This document shows, one piece after another, positions 9,830-20,945 of a stretch of DNA of 36,803 nucleotides. Source of the DNA: Stramenopiles sp. TOSAG23-2. Lineage: Eukaryota. The position numbers and the translations under genes were made by a program. The DNA lies in the NCBI GenBank assembly GCA_900128395.1, contig LT649332.1:1-36803 (forward strand), written 5' to 3'. The notes beneath the pieces are model-generated. The model saw only the letters and a program-made list of their open reading frames with translations. It ran no database searches and was not told the DNA's origin. Numbering within the stretch: the stretch's first letter is position 1; every line of letters starts with the position of its first letter.

Positions 9830-11461
9830 ATGGAATTTGAAAAAGCATTATTCCGTGTCCATGAACGTACGTTAGGTTGTTTAGTTCAAGAAATTAATAC
9901 GGAAACTGGTGTTAGAAGTAATAGTCCCGCATATAAATGTTGTAAAGTGTTACAAAAAATCGTTGCTGTTGTATTTGGTATATTGTTTGCATTTTTTTTA
10001 TTTGTACATTTTAAATATCTTAATTATGGTACTTGCTTTGAAGATGCATTGCTTAAAACATTGGCAGAATTACCAGCACAACTCGATAATAATAATAATA
10101 ACCAAATTAGTACAAATATAACCAATAATAATAATACCAATATACATAATAAAAGTACAATACCAAATCGTCATGGATCTATCATATTCGATGATGATAT
10201 TTTATTGGTTGAAATTGCTCCATCACTATCATCATACGATAAAACGAAATTTAAACCGGAATATGAATTTAGTGCAACTGCATCTCTTTTATATTTAACT
10301 AAAAATCAACGAAAGCAACATAAATTTCGTGAATTAAATGTAACAATTGATGGTGCTTGTATAGGCGCATATAGCGTAGCAAGATTAGCAGGTATGGATA
10401 CTGTAATCATCAATCAAATTATGTATGGTTTAGATAGCAATGGTTTAATTCGTAATTATGAAACTGGTGAATTATGGAGTTGGTCCAATTATCAAGTTAC
10501 AAGAAATAAACATTCTAAATTTTCATATAATTTCTTCAGTTGGATTGCTGATAGATTTTTAGTTTTAATTTGGACATTTCTATGCTTCGGTTTGATGTCT
10601 GGTATAACTGCAGTTATCATACGTGTATTAGTATCCAGCGGAGTAGTTTTAATTTTTCCATTGTTTTTCGCGTTACGTCGTGCTGGCTTGCGCAATTTAG
10701 ATATGAATTTAGTAGTAATGTCGTACCCATGGTTAGGTGTAGAAGTTGGGCAATTATTACGTTCCAGGCAACGTATTACTTCCTACATTTGTGCACATTT
10801 AATGTATTTGGTAACGTTATATTTAGTTTTTGAATTAAGTCAAATAAGTTGGAGTACTATCATTTATAATAAAAGTTACCCTGCAGGATTGCCGTTGGTC
10901 GTTGCATCTGGTTTGATGGTGTTGGAATATTTTTCACTTGTATATATTCGCAGTCTGTCAGCATTGCAATATTTCCCGAAATTCATTTTTATTAATTTTT
11001 TACTATTTCACATCTATTTTTACAGCACATCGTATGGGTTTTATTATTTAGCAATAACATTATGCATATTGGCAACCACATATGTTATGTTATGGTTTTT
11101 AACAGATGTTGAAGTAAAAGCATTAGAATCCGGTATGATCTGCTCAGACGTACCACGTGCAAAATTTATATCTAGTAGGATACCATCCTGGGTTGGAGCA
11201 TTGTCACCACTAGTGACTATTTTTCATTTCGTTGGGGAAGCACATTTCCCAATAACATATGAAGATGTAGTGGAAGGTGGTGGTGGGAATAATAATAATA
11301 ATAATGCTGATTTTTATCAATTACAACAAGAGGATGGTAATGATGGTAACATAAATGAAAATGGGGAAGAAGAAGAAGAATGGAGTGGGAGGAATGATGA
11401 AGAAGAAAAAAATGACGATGAAAGTGAAGAGGATGAGGAACAAGAAAATTCATTAGTGTAA
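9830..11461 (+). CDS. Membralin (TMEM259)-like multipass ER membrane protein
   Basis: TM ending ..FVHFKY..C, lumenal EYEFS..LL.L...R....VTIDG.C.G and G.D..I.......NGLIRNYETGE, later ..FHIYFY...GFYYLA, all resembling membralin. Acidic tail. Start placed at ATG 9830 (MEFEKAL). Confidence 0.7.
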   Translation: MEFEKALFRVHERTLGCLVQEINTETGVRSNSPAYKCCKVLQKIVAVVFGILFAFFLFVHFKYLNYGTCFEDALLKTLAELPAQLDNNNNNQISTNITNNNNTNIHNKSTIPNRHGSIIFDDDILLVEIAPSLSSYDKTKFKPEYEFSATASLLYLTKNQRKQHKFRELNVTIDGACIGAYSVARLAGMDTVIINQIMYGLDSNGLIRNYETGELWSWSNYQVTRNKHSKFSYNFFSWIADRFLVLIWTFLCFGLMSGITAVIIRVLVSSGVVLIFPLFFALRRAGLRNLDMNLVVMSYPWLGVEVGQLLRSRQRITSYICAHLMYLVTLYLVFELSQISWSTIIYNKSYPAGLPLVVASGLMVLEYFSLVYIRSLSALQYFPKFIFINFLLFHIYFYSTSYGFYYLAITLCILATTYVMLWFLTDVEVKALESGMICSDVPRAKFISSRIPSWVGALSPLVTIFHFVGEAHFPITYEDVVEGGGGNNNNNNADFYQLQQEDGNDGNINENGEEEEEWSGRNDEEEKNDDESEEDEEQENSLV

Positions 11462-12020
11462 AATATTTTAAATATTTTTATTTTATATATACACACACAT
11501 ATCTGCTGCTGGGGTTTTGAAAATGCAAAACATGCAAACAACGACACACCACGCAATTATAATACTTTTCGTACCCCCCGTATATTTTTTTTTTCATATA
11601 TACGACGTAGTAAATTTTAAAATATGAGATGTGTACATAAAATTATATAATTTTATCTTTTCTCACAGGTATCATACCCTGGCATTACTTAAAAATAATA
11701 CTCTCTCGTATTTTTATAAATTTAAAAAAAATATCCCAAACTTCGTACGAAGTTCGTACGAGGTATAAAAAAAACTTTATTAATATCAATGTGTAAATTA
11801 CAAAAAGTGCATGATACACACACGTCCCTCGTATTTATTTTAATTTTGTGAATGTATAACACAAATACACACACACACACACTTTAATTTCACACCATGT
11901 TTTGCTCCTCTCTTAAAAAAACACGCGCACACACAATCTCTTCTAAATGTGCCACACACGTAATTTACACTTCACAATATTATTATAAAAATTTACTCCA
12001 AAATTCTTTTTTTTTCTTCT

Positions 12021-13409
12021 TTAAATACCGCTGATATCACCTAATGCTGCAATTGATGGTGTCGATTTAGACAATGCAGCCGCAGCATTTTTAACTTGGG
12101 CACCAGTTACGTTATCAATAGCAGCGAAAATTTCTGCACTGGATTTAACACCACCATACATCATTGCTTGTGTTCCCATATCTTCCAAACTTCCATTGCG
12201 TGAGTCCAAATTGGAGGCAACAATAGCTTTTAATTGAGTTTTTGCTCTTACCAATTCCGGTCCATCACATGCTTTACTAGCAACACTTTCCATTTCCTTC
12301 ATTAAAGCACTTAATGTACTATCTTGGGATCCACCAACACATGCGCCGTACAAACCAAAGATTCCAGCATCTCTATAAGTGCTTGAGAATGCATAGGAAG
12401 CAAATACATTTTCATTCAATACATTGCATGCTAATCTAGATTGCGAACCAGCAACGCCATCTTGGCTCATCGATGCGCCACCACCCAATATATTTTGTAA
12501 TACCATTTGTGCATATAAATCTGAGTTACCATAACCACCTGAATTGAATGCAACTGCTACGTGTGTTAAATCACCAGTGGCACGTACTAAATTTTTGCCA
12601 CCAGTGTACGTTGCGTCAACACTTGGTGCTGGGCCTTGGCTCAAGCCATTGAATGCATTCTCAGCGAAATTTTTCAACGTGGATGGAGAAACATTACTAC
12701 CAGCAACGACTATACGATGTGGTGAGAAGTTATTTGCAACGTATTGTGTTAATACATCACGATTTAATGCACCAAATTGATGACGACCAGTAAATTGCGA
12801 GCGTCCTAATGGAGTTGTTTCACCACCAAATGCAGCACTATGTAACATTTCCGATAATAAAGCTTGCGCATTGCTTTCAATACCTTCTAACTCGTACGAT
12901 AAGGAACTATTTTTCACAGCTGCACATTCCCAACCTGGGAATTTACCGTCCGTAACAGTTTCTGCTGCAATATCCATAGCTAAGTCAGTGCTCTCTCTTA
13001 AACAATCAACACGATACATAATAGCATCCCGTCCACTCGCAGCACTGGATACGATACCAGCATTTTCCATGTCGCGAAACAAACGCAAATCGCTTCTTTG
13101 GTTTGTGCATTTAAATGCCATATGTGACAATAAATGTGCTGCTCCTGCATTAGAACCATTTTCATATTTACTACCTGCTTCTACAAAAATGCCTATGGAG
13201 GAAACGTGTCCACCATTATCAGACGATGCAATTTTTACACCGTTGGATAATTGTTCAACTGTAGCTGCTGCAGATGGGCCTAATGTTCCAGGTGAAAGCT
13301 CTGGTAAACCAGGCCCTACTTCCGTAATAGATAGCTGTGAAAAAGCAACACGTTGTTGTTGTTGTGCCGTACGCTTTACAACTTTATTAATAGCATTTGT
13401 CAATAACAT
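12021..13409 (-). CDS. Mitochondrial M16 non-catalytic subunit (MPP alpha / cytochrome bc1 core protein 2-like)
   Basis: Presequence-like N-terminus lacking acidic residues. LSNGVKIAS, IFVEAGSKYE and GAAHLLSHMAFK (HxxEH zinc motif lost). LGGG..S.....SRL loop, Y.DAGIFGLY, ELVRAKTQLK and EDMGTQ. Confidence 0.88.
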   Translation of the reverse strand: MLLTNAINKVVKRTAQQQQRVAFSQLSITEVGPGLPELSPGTLGPSAAATVEQLSNGVKIASSDNGGHVSSIGIFVEAGSKYENGSNAGAAHLLSHMAFKCTNQRSDLRLFRDMENAGIVSSAASGRDAIMYRVDCLRESTDLAMDIAAETVTDGKFPGWECAAVKNSSLSYELEGIESNAQALLSEMLHSAAFGGETTPLGRSQFTGRHQFGALNRDVLTQYVANNFSPHRIVVAGSNVSPSTLKNFAENAFNGLSQGPAPSVDATYTGGKNLVRATGDLTHVAVAFNSGGYGNSDLYAQMVLQNILGGGASMSQDGVAGSQSRLACNVLNENVFASYAFSSTYRDAGIFGLYGACVGGSQDSTLSALMKEMESVASKACDGPELVRAKTQLKAIVASNLDSRNGSLEDMGTQAMMYGGVKSSAEIFAAIDNVTGAQVKNAAAALSKSTPSIAALGDISGI

Positions 13410-13504
13410 CGTTAAAATATTATTAATATTATAATTATTATCTTTTTTATTTTTAATTTACTTATATATCTACAATATTAGATATATTTTCACTGATCCA
13501 AAAT

Positions 13505-13535
<31 letters not shown>

Positions 13536-14071
13536 GTATAACGAAATGAACTGAACTGGATGAATAAAGACGAGAATCAACAGAATAACCTACAGTATAT
13601 ATTATTTTGTGTACAATCTATCTTTTATACCTTTGTATCAAATATAAATATACACCTCTTTCTACAATAATTATTATATCAATCATTTATTCATTTTATT
13701 TTATTTTTTTATAATAATAATAATTTTTTAAAGGTGCAACAACGAAAGCCTGGAAAGCCAGCCAGAAAGCCTGGAAAGCAACCAAAGAGTCATTTTAAAG
13801 AGAGTCATCATTGAAATCATAGGCCCTGGATAGCACTAATATGGTAATTCTGTACATCCAACAGTACACCCTATTGTTTCCTATTACAAATATTTAAAAT
13901 ATGGTTAGGAGGAATTAACGTGATCACAGCATTGCCTATATACTTCGAGTGTGCTTTGTTTATATGCTCATGTTACAATACTAATACAGTACTATCGGAA
14001 TACGAGGCGTATTACTATAGTCGAATTTACATAGCTATCCGGTATAATAATAAGATTAAAGATGAAATACT

Positions 14072-14184
14072 GTATATGGCAATTGGGTGGATACAAATAT
14101 CAATTGGGTGGATACGTGGATACAAAGTATATGGCAATTGGGTGGATACAAATATCAATTGGGTGGATACGTGGATACAAAGTA
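14072..14184 (+). repeat. Tandem repeat, 2 x 55 bp, built from CAATTGGGTGGATAC / GTGGATAC subunits
   Basis: Exact 55-bp period, with 4 copies of CAATTGGGTGGATAC and 6 of GTGGATAC. Confidence 0.95.
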
Positions 14185-14464
14185 ATATTCATTTTAAATA
14201 TATGCACATATCCCAACTTAACTTGATAAGTATAAGCTACTATAATCCGTCTATCAGTAAGTAGTATTATAAGAAGTATATAAGAAGTAAGATCGAGTGG
14301 ATCTAGGATTAACACATCGTTATAAACTAAAGATGTTCATAGACTAATTTATATAATTGGCATCGGAGCACTTCTTCCTCCCAATTCCAGGTATTATTTT
14401 AAAAATTTTAAGAGCTAATAGTAATGGTATTTCGATGCTACGCACGTTGCCTACAGTATTTTAT

Positions 14465-14482
14465 TAGAGCGGATCCTCTCTA
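14465..14482. promoter_or_regulatory. Second copy (17/18 match) of the 18-bp palindrome
   Basis: TAGAGCGGATCCTCTCTA in the divergent region between the M16 gene and COPB2. Confidence 0.35.
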
Positions 14483-14919
14483 TATTTTATTCCCAGGCCT
14501 CTTCACCAGCCATCACACATTTTTTCTTCTTCTATAAAAAAAAGATGCCTAAAAATGTTCAAAAAATATTAACAATATTAAAAAAAAATGAATGAAGATT
14601 TGATGTATTTTTGTAAGTGTGAGTACAGATGTAGATAGAATTTTGTTCAACAAGTTTGTGTTTGCATTATTTTTAATAACAATACAAGACAGATTTTGAT
14701 ATATACATATATTCAACAAATTAATTGTCGTAAAATATATACTGTATACTCATACTTCTATATATATATAAAAATATAATCGTATATATATAATATAGTG
14801 AATTATTTCCAATATAGATATCTATACATAGAAATAAAAGAAATATATATATATCAAATTAAGTACTTAAAAAAAATTATATATATATATATATATAAAT
14901 ATACACACAATATAATAAA

Positions 14920-17904
14920 ATGCCATTACGTTTATCCATTAAAAAGAAGTTGCAAAATCGTTCAGAACGTGTCAAATGCGTTGAAATCCATCCAACGGAA
15001 CCATGGGTATTATCTGCTTTATATTCTGGTAATGTTTTTATATGGAATTACGATAGTCAAACTTTGGTAAAACAATTTGAAGTAGTAGAAGAAAATACAC
15101 CAGTACGTTGTGCAAAATTTGTTGCACGTCAACAATGGTTTGTATGTGCTTCGGATGATAAATATGTGCGTTGTTTCAACTACAATACGGGGGAAAAAGT
15201 AACTGCATTCGAAGCACATACGGATTATTTACGTTGCGTGGAAGTACATCCAACACACCCATACATATTAACATCTAGTGATGATATGTCTATTAAACTG
15301 TGGGATTGGAGCAGAGGATGGCAAAATACACAAATTTTTGAAGGTCATTCACATTATGTCATGCAAGTAAAATTCAATCCAAAAGATACTAATACATTTG
15401 CATCTGCATCATTGGATCATATGGTCAAAGTATGGGGAATCGGTAGTTCCACGCCACACTTTACATTAGAAGGCCATACAAAAGGTGTTAATTGTGTTGA
15501 TTATTATCCTGGTGCAGATAAACCATATTTATTAAGTGGTGCAGATGATGCCACGGTCAATATCTGGGATTATCAAACAAAAGCCCTGGTCAATACATTG
15601 GAAGGTCATACGACAAATATTACCTCTGTTGCATTTCATCAAAAATTACCGGTAATAGTTACTGCAAGTGAAGATGGTACAGTGCGTGTATGGCATAGTT
15701 CAACATATCGTTTAGAAACTACATTGAATTATCAATGGGAACGTGCATGGACAGTTGGTGTATCGAATAATAGCAATAAAATTGCTATTGGATATGATGA
15801 AGGTACGATGGTGGTTAAATTAGGAAAAGAAAGACCATTAGTTAGTATGGATACAAAGACTGGTAAATTCATATGGACGCGAAATAATGATGTGCTCACG
15901 TCCAGTGTACGTGGTACTGGTAAAGCAAGTACAGATGGAGAACGTGTATTTTTACCAGGTGGCGAGAAAGATTTAGGTTCGGTTGAATTGTATCCACAAT
16001 CCATTTCTCATAATCCAAATGGACGTTTTGTTGCAATATGTGGTGATGGGGAATATATCATTTACACATCAACTGCATTGAGAAACAAAAGTTTTGGAAG
16101 TGCATTGGATTTTGTCTGGGCAAGTGAAGGGAAAGGTGATTATGCAATTCGTGAATCAGCGTCGCGTATTAAGACCTTTAAAAATTTCAAAGAATCCGGT
16201 TCGTTTAGACCATTAGGAATGCAAGCAGAAGGTTTGCATGGTGGTGCTATGGTAGGCGTACGTGGCAATGATTGCATTGCTTTCCATAGGTGGGAAGATG
16301 GTGCATTTGTTGCTAGAATAGATATTGAAGATCCAAAAAATGTGTTTTGGAGTGATAGTGGTGATTTAGTTACCATTGCTTGTGTTGAATCGTTTTATGT
16401 ATTGAAATATAACGCAGATGCAGTGAATGAAGCTATGGCACAAGGTGATATCCCGGAAGATGGCGTGGAAGATGCGTTTGAACTAGCATATGATGTCAAT
16501 GAACGTGTACGTTCCGGCCAATGGGTTGGTGACTGCTTCTTGTACACTAACAGGGCAAACAGATTGAATTACAGTGTCGGTGGCGAAGTGCTGACGTTGA
16601 GTCATTTAGATGAGAAAATGTACGTCTTAGGATTTTTGCCACGGGAAAATCGCGTATATCTATGCAACAAAGGTTTAGATGTTTTTAGTTATGGATTGTT
16701 GACAAGTGTTTTGAATTATCAAACTGCCATTTTACGTAAAGATTTTGACGAGGCGAATGAGCTATTGCCTGCTATTCCAGAGGAACATTTGGATGCCATT
16801 AGTACTTTTTTGGAAAGTCAAGGATACAAAGAACAAGCATTAGCTGTTGCACGCGATACTGATCAACGGTTTAGTTTAGCGTTGCAATTAGGAAAATTGG
16901 AGAAAGCACAGGAAATCATGGTAGAAATTGAAGCTGCTGATGATGTGGACGTCCAATTAAAATGGAAACAATTAGGAGATTTAGCATTGATGAATGGTAA
17001 TTTAAGTTTATCCATTCGATGTGCAACAAAAGCAAAGGATTTAGGTGGCCTATTGCTTTTACATAGTAGCACGGGGAATAGAAAAGGAATGGAAGAGCTT
17101 ATTAAAGTTGGGCGTAGTTCCGGACGTGCAAATATTGCCTTTACCAGTGCATTTTTACTTCAACAAGTCAATACGTGTGTTGATATCTTAATTGAAACGC
17201 AACGTTTTCCAGAAGCTGCTTTTTTTGCAAGGACATATTCACCTTCACGTATCGCAGAAGTTCTACGTCTATGGAAAAATGATTTAGCAAATGTCAATCA
17301 AACTGCAGCAGAAGCATTGGCAGATCCAGTAGAACATAGTGATCATGAAGATTTTGCTGATTTGAAAATTGCTTTAAAAATTGAACAAATGAATACGGAT
17401 GCTGCATTAAAAGGTATTTCGGCTAGTAATTATTTCCAAGTAAAAGAAGAAATGCAACGTGATTTAATTGCAATCGTAAGAGAAGGTGGATCGATAGAAT
17501 CAAAAGTTAGTAGTAATAGTAGTAGTGTAAATAATGTAGTAAAAGAAGAAACTAAAGTGAGAGAACAGCAACCACCTGCACCACAAAAAGTTGCTTCGCC
17601 GCCAAAAGCAGTAGTTGAAGAAGAACAACAACCACCAAAAGAAGAAGAAGTCATTGCGGAAGAGGAAGAAACAACAACGGAAGCACAAGAAGATGATGAT
17701 AATAATAATGATGATGATTTGGAAGATGATTTGGATGATATGTTGGCAGAGGATGATGATGATGACGACGATGAGGAATTTAAAGATGCAACTGCAACAA
17801 CTACTACTACCACAGAAGAAGCAACAAATGACGATGCTAATGATACATCAAACCAAGAAATTAATTTAGATGATCTTGATTTAGATGATGAAGATTGGTC
17901 TTAA
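14920..17904 (+). CDS. COPB2: Coatomer subunit beta' (Sec27)
   Basis: MPLRLSIKKKL..RSERVKCVEIHPTEPW, WD40 repeats (FEAHTDYLR, FEGHSHYVMQV.FNPKD.NTFASASLD), GDGEYIIYT.TALRNKSFG, alpha-solenoid and acidic tail. Confidence 0.98.
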   Translation: MPLRLSIKKKLQNRSERVKCVEIHPTEPWVLSALYSGNVFIWNYDSQTLVKQFEVVEENTPVRCAKFVARQQWFVCASDDKYVRCFNYNTGEKVTAFEAHTDYLRCVEVHPTHPYILTSSDDMSIKLWDWSRGWQNTQIFEGHSHYVMQVKFNPKDTNTFASASLDHMVKVWGIGSSTPHFTLEGHTKGVNCVDYYPGADKPYLLSGADDATVNIWDYQTKALVNTLEGHTTNITSVAFHQKLPVIVTASEDGTVRVWHSSTYRLETTLNYQWERAWTVGVSNNSNKIAIGYDEGTMVVKLGKERPLVSMDTKTGKFIWTRNNDVLTSSVRGTGKASTDGERVFLPGGEKDLGSVELYPQSISHNPNGRFVAICGDGEYIIYTSTALRNKSFGSALDFVWASEGKGDYAIRESASRIKTFKNFKESGSFRPLGMQAEGLHGGAMVGVRGNDCIAFHRWEDGAFVARIDIEDPKNVFWSDSGDLVTIACVESFYVLKYNADAVNEAMAQGDIPEDGVEDAFELAYDVNERVRSGQWVGDCFLYTNRANRLNYSVGGEVLTLSHLDEKMYVLGFLPRENRVYLCNKGLDVFSYGLLTSVLNYQTAILRKDFDEANELLPAIPEEHLDAISTFLESQGYKEQALAVARDTDQRFSLALQLGKLEKAQEIMVEIEAADDVDVQLKWKQLGDLALMNGNLSLSIRCATKAKDLGGLLLLHSSTGNRKGMEELIKVGRSSGRANIAFTSAFLLQQVNTCVDILIETQRFPEAAFFARTYSPSRIAEVLRLWKNDLANVNQTAAEALADPVEHSDHEDFADLKIALKIEQMNTDAALKGISASNYFQVKEEMQRDLIAIVREGGSIESKVSSNSSSVNNVVKEETKVREQQPPAPQKVASPPKAVVEEEQQPPKEEEVIAEEEETTTEAQEDDDNNNDDDLEDDLDDMLAEDDDDDDDEEFKDATATTTTTTEEATNDDANDTSNQEINLDDLDLDDEDWS

Positions 17905-18021
17905 ACTTTTCAGTATATATAGAAATAATTAACACAATAATACGTAATATTCTATGAATGCATTTATAATTTCAAACATACAATAGTATCATATCATTTT
18001 TTACGTACCAGGTATTTCAAA

Positions 18022-20129
18022 ATGGGTATGTTAGTAACGCTTTCTGATTTAAAACGTAGGTTTAACCATGATATGGATGAAGCCCGTGCTGATGGTGAAG
18101 TTGTAGGCCCTTGTAAAAAAGCATGGCATTTATTTGAATGGACACAGTCCTTTACCGTTGTCGTATTATATTTTGTTACGGCAATAGTATTAATAAATAA
18201 TTGGTTAGTCACACAAGAAATTCAATTCCGGAGTGGAATCGGTTTAAATATTGGGTATGCTGATAATGAAGAAGGACTTGCGAAGGAAATGAACATCACA
18301 GATTATAAATTTGATCCATGTAACAGATTAACAATAAAAGACTGTTTGAAAGTTCATTACAATAATACATCTGCAAATAATCAGCAATATGAAAAGGATT
18401 GTTCAATATATGAAAAAAATGCAACTGTTGGACCATCGGGTAACAAAATTTATCCAAAAATCTATGAGACAAATTGCCGCTGCAAAGAAGAAAATTACAA
18501 AAATATGTGTAGATTAATGTTTAACAAAGTTTTTACCTTTAATATTACCAGAATATACTGTTCAAAGACAGACGGGGTTGACGACGATGGTTTGCAATTA
18601 TATTTGAAAGCCAAAGCAGGCTATCAACATCATATCGACGAAAAAAATGACAATGCTTGTTTTGGTCAACAATTTGAATATGATGAACATTTTCTTCTCC
18701 CTTTTGCCATTGCGTGTAGTATAGTTGCTTTGACAGTTTTTGCATTGCTGTTAGCAGTTTTAGAATGGTAAGTCAAATTCTAGTTCTATATAAATGATAT
18801 CCTCTCTCTCTCTAACACATCATTCTTTCACATATACGCTTTGCTCCACAAAGTTCAGGAACATTTGCTCCAGAAGATCATAAATTGCATCAAGTTGAAT
18901 TGCAATTTAAAAATCTAATTCGATATTTTTTAATTGAATTTAAAGATCAAAAAGGCAGGCAAAGCTGTTGGGTTCATCGTTCCAAAAAAAAACAGGAGGT
19001 TTTTTTATCTTTTATGCAGTATATTTATACGACAATGACTTATAACTGCATGTTAGGAGCATTCACAAAACCTGGTCTTAATTTAATGGGGAATGATGAT
19101 TTAATCTTTGACTCAGATGACGACTATAATGGTCCTGCGCTTTGGAAAACGAGCACATACAGTTTTATTGTATATCTTATGATGGGTTGTTATGCATTTT
19201 TTTCGTTTTTGGTACTTTTCTTTCTTCCGTGTGGGATTCTAAAGTCGATCAAGGAAAAGAAATTAAGTGTAGCGATAAACGCACCAATTGGGCCGTTTTT
19301 GTTCATAATTGGAAATATTCTAGGGTTCATTTTAGTGATGAATGTTTGTATTTCATATGGAATTGCAATTTCTTCAATGACGGTCCCCACAATACATATA
19401 TCGGATCTACTCTTTGGTATAAGCCTAGATTGGACTAGCTTTAAATTTCGTGTTCCGGAGGCACAATTCCCTATTGCATTATCAATATTTACAATTGGGG
19501 CTTTAAAATTATCATTGATATTCTCACGTGCGTTTGTTAAATGTAAATTAAAAGACGCGAGAAAAGTAGCAGCAGCAATGGAGGAGGATGCAATGGTGAA
19601 TCAAGATGGAAAAGATATGCTACAAAATCCAAATGAGGAAGAAGGAGGGGGAACTTGGAAAGATGCTGCAACGGATATCGCAAAAGAAAAGATGGAAGAA
19701 ACAGCTAGAGAAAAAGCGATGGAGACCTTTGATAAAAAATATAATTCAATAATGGGAAAACCAATTTTTTTGCTTGGTATTAATGGCAATTATTTACAAA
19801 ATCAAGATCCAATTCCACAATGTACAAACAAAAACAAAGCAGATTGGGAAAGCATGATGTTGGAAAAAATCGATGAAAAGAATGATAAATATGTTTTAAC
19901 ATCAAATAGAACGGGCTGTCGATTACAATGTACGTCTGATGGGACTGCTTTATTTGCTAATAAAAACAAAGGTGCATGGGAAGAATTGAAAGTGGAAAAG
20001 AAAGATGATAATAAATATTTTTTCATTTCATGTCACACTAGCAATGTTTTACAATGTAATCCAAAGAATGGTGCGATTAGATTTGAAAATAAAAATCGTG
20101 GTGCATGGGAAACATTTGAACTTCATTAA
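18022..20129 (+). CDS. Two-exon (18022-18767, 18854-20129) ~673-aa multipass membrane protein with a Cys-rich glycosylated loop and a C-terminal fascin-like beta-trefoil region
   Basis: Two adjacent ORFs join in frame through an 86-nt GTAAGT..CTAAC..AAG intron (junction ..VLE-C-SGTFAPEDHK..). About 6 hydrophobic segments and three C-terminal repeats LQ..N-K-N-[KR]-x-x-W-E. Confidence 0.7.
18768..18853 (+). other. Spliceosomal intron (86 nt, phase 2)
   Basis: Donor GTAAGT at 18768, CTAAC branch-like site at 18812-18816, acceptor ACAAAG ending at 18853. This acceptor restores the frame; the nearby CAGs ending 18858 and 18873 do not. Confidence 0.72.
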
Positions 20130-20290
20130 TTTGAATGGATGATCAGATCCAAAAATTTCAACACATAAACCCTCATCCATTTATTTCATACGACGTATCA
20201 GTATATTAACACGAGAATAACAAAGGATTAGATTTGAAAATAAAAATCGTGGTGCATGGGAAACATTTGAACTTCATTAAATTTGAATGG
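20075..20290 (+). repeat. Dispersed duplication of ~64 bp covering the 3' end and stop codon of the membrane/beta-trefoil gene
   Basis: GATTAGATTTGAAAATAAAAATCGTGG...TTGAATGG at 20075-20138 and 20226-20290 (one extra A in the second copy). Confidence 0.95.
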
Positions 20291-20672
20291 TTACAGCAGC
20301 CTGCAAAAAAGTCCATCCACGAAAACCAGGAAAACCGGCGCTGCCCCCCTAAAATTAAAAAAAAACAATAATATTTAATTTACAAAATATTTGGTAGTCT
20401 AAATAACCTTTTAAGTACAAAAAATGAAAGTGGTCGTTTTTCCCAACCCACTAGCGTCCAATGTTTATTAGTCTTATTCCAGGGGTTAACACTTCGTCGC
20501 AAGTGATAGGCATGAATTGATTTTATCCACTTCAGCGATATAGTTAATGGTGTGTGATGATGTGATGATGTGATTGATGTACACATTTTAATTTTCCATT
20601 CACATCTATAACCACTTTTATATATCGATTAGAACAGTGTATATATACAATATATATAGATAGATATACAGT

Positions 20673-20945
20673 ATATATATATATAAGATAAACAACAATA
20701 ATAATGATGGCACGAACAGTACCTTCCATAATGTCGATGCCATTATTATTATTATATATATTTTCTTTCATAATCATTAATAATAATAATATATTCATTG
20801 TGCTTTCCGTATATATATATAAGATAAACAACAATAATAATGATGGCACGAACAGTACCTTCCATAATGTCGATGCCATTATTATTATTATATATATTTT
20901 CTTTCATAATCATTAATAATAATAATATATTCATTGTGCTTTCCG
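20673..20945 (+). repeat. Tandem duplication (period 136 bp) covering the start of the PSI gene
   Basis: Identical MMARTVPS..IFIVLS-encoding segments start at 20704 and 20840. Confidence 0.95.

Noticed and set aside
14072-14184. Short repeats with spacers, superficially CRISPR-like
   Set aside because: The spacers are short and themselves repeated, there are no cas genes, and the context is eukaryotic.
13920-14315. 114-aa and 71-aa ORFs in the M16/COPB2 intergenic region
   Set aside because: They are kept open by the 55-bp repeat, have non-ATG starts and show no protein-like features.
20704-20916. 70-aa ORF with the same N-terminus as the PSI gene
   Set aside because: It is a by-product of the 136-bp tandem duplication, which shifts the frame; not a separate gene.
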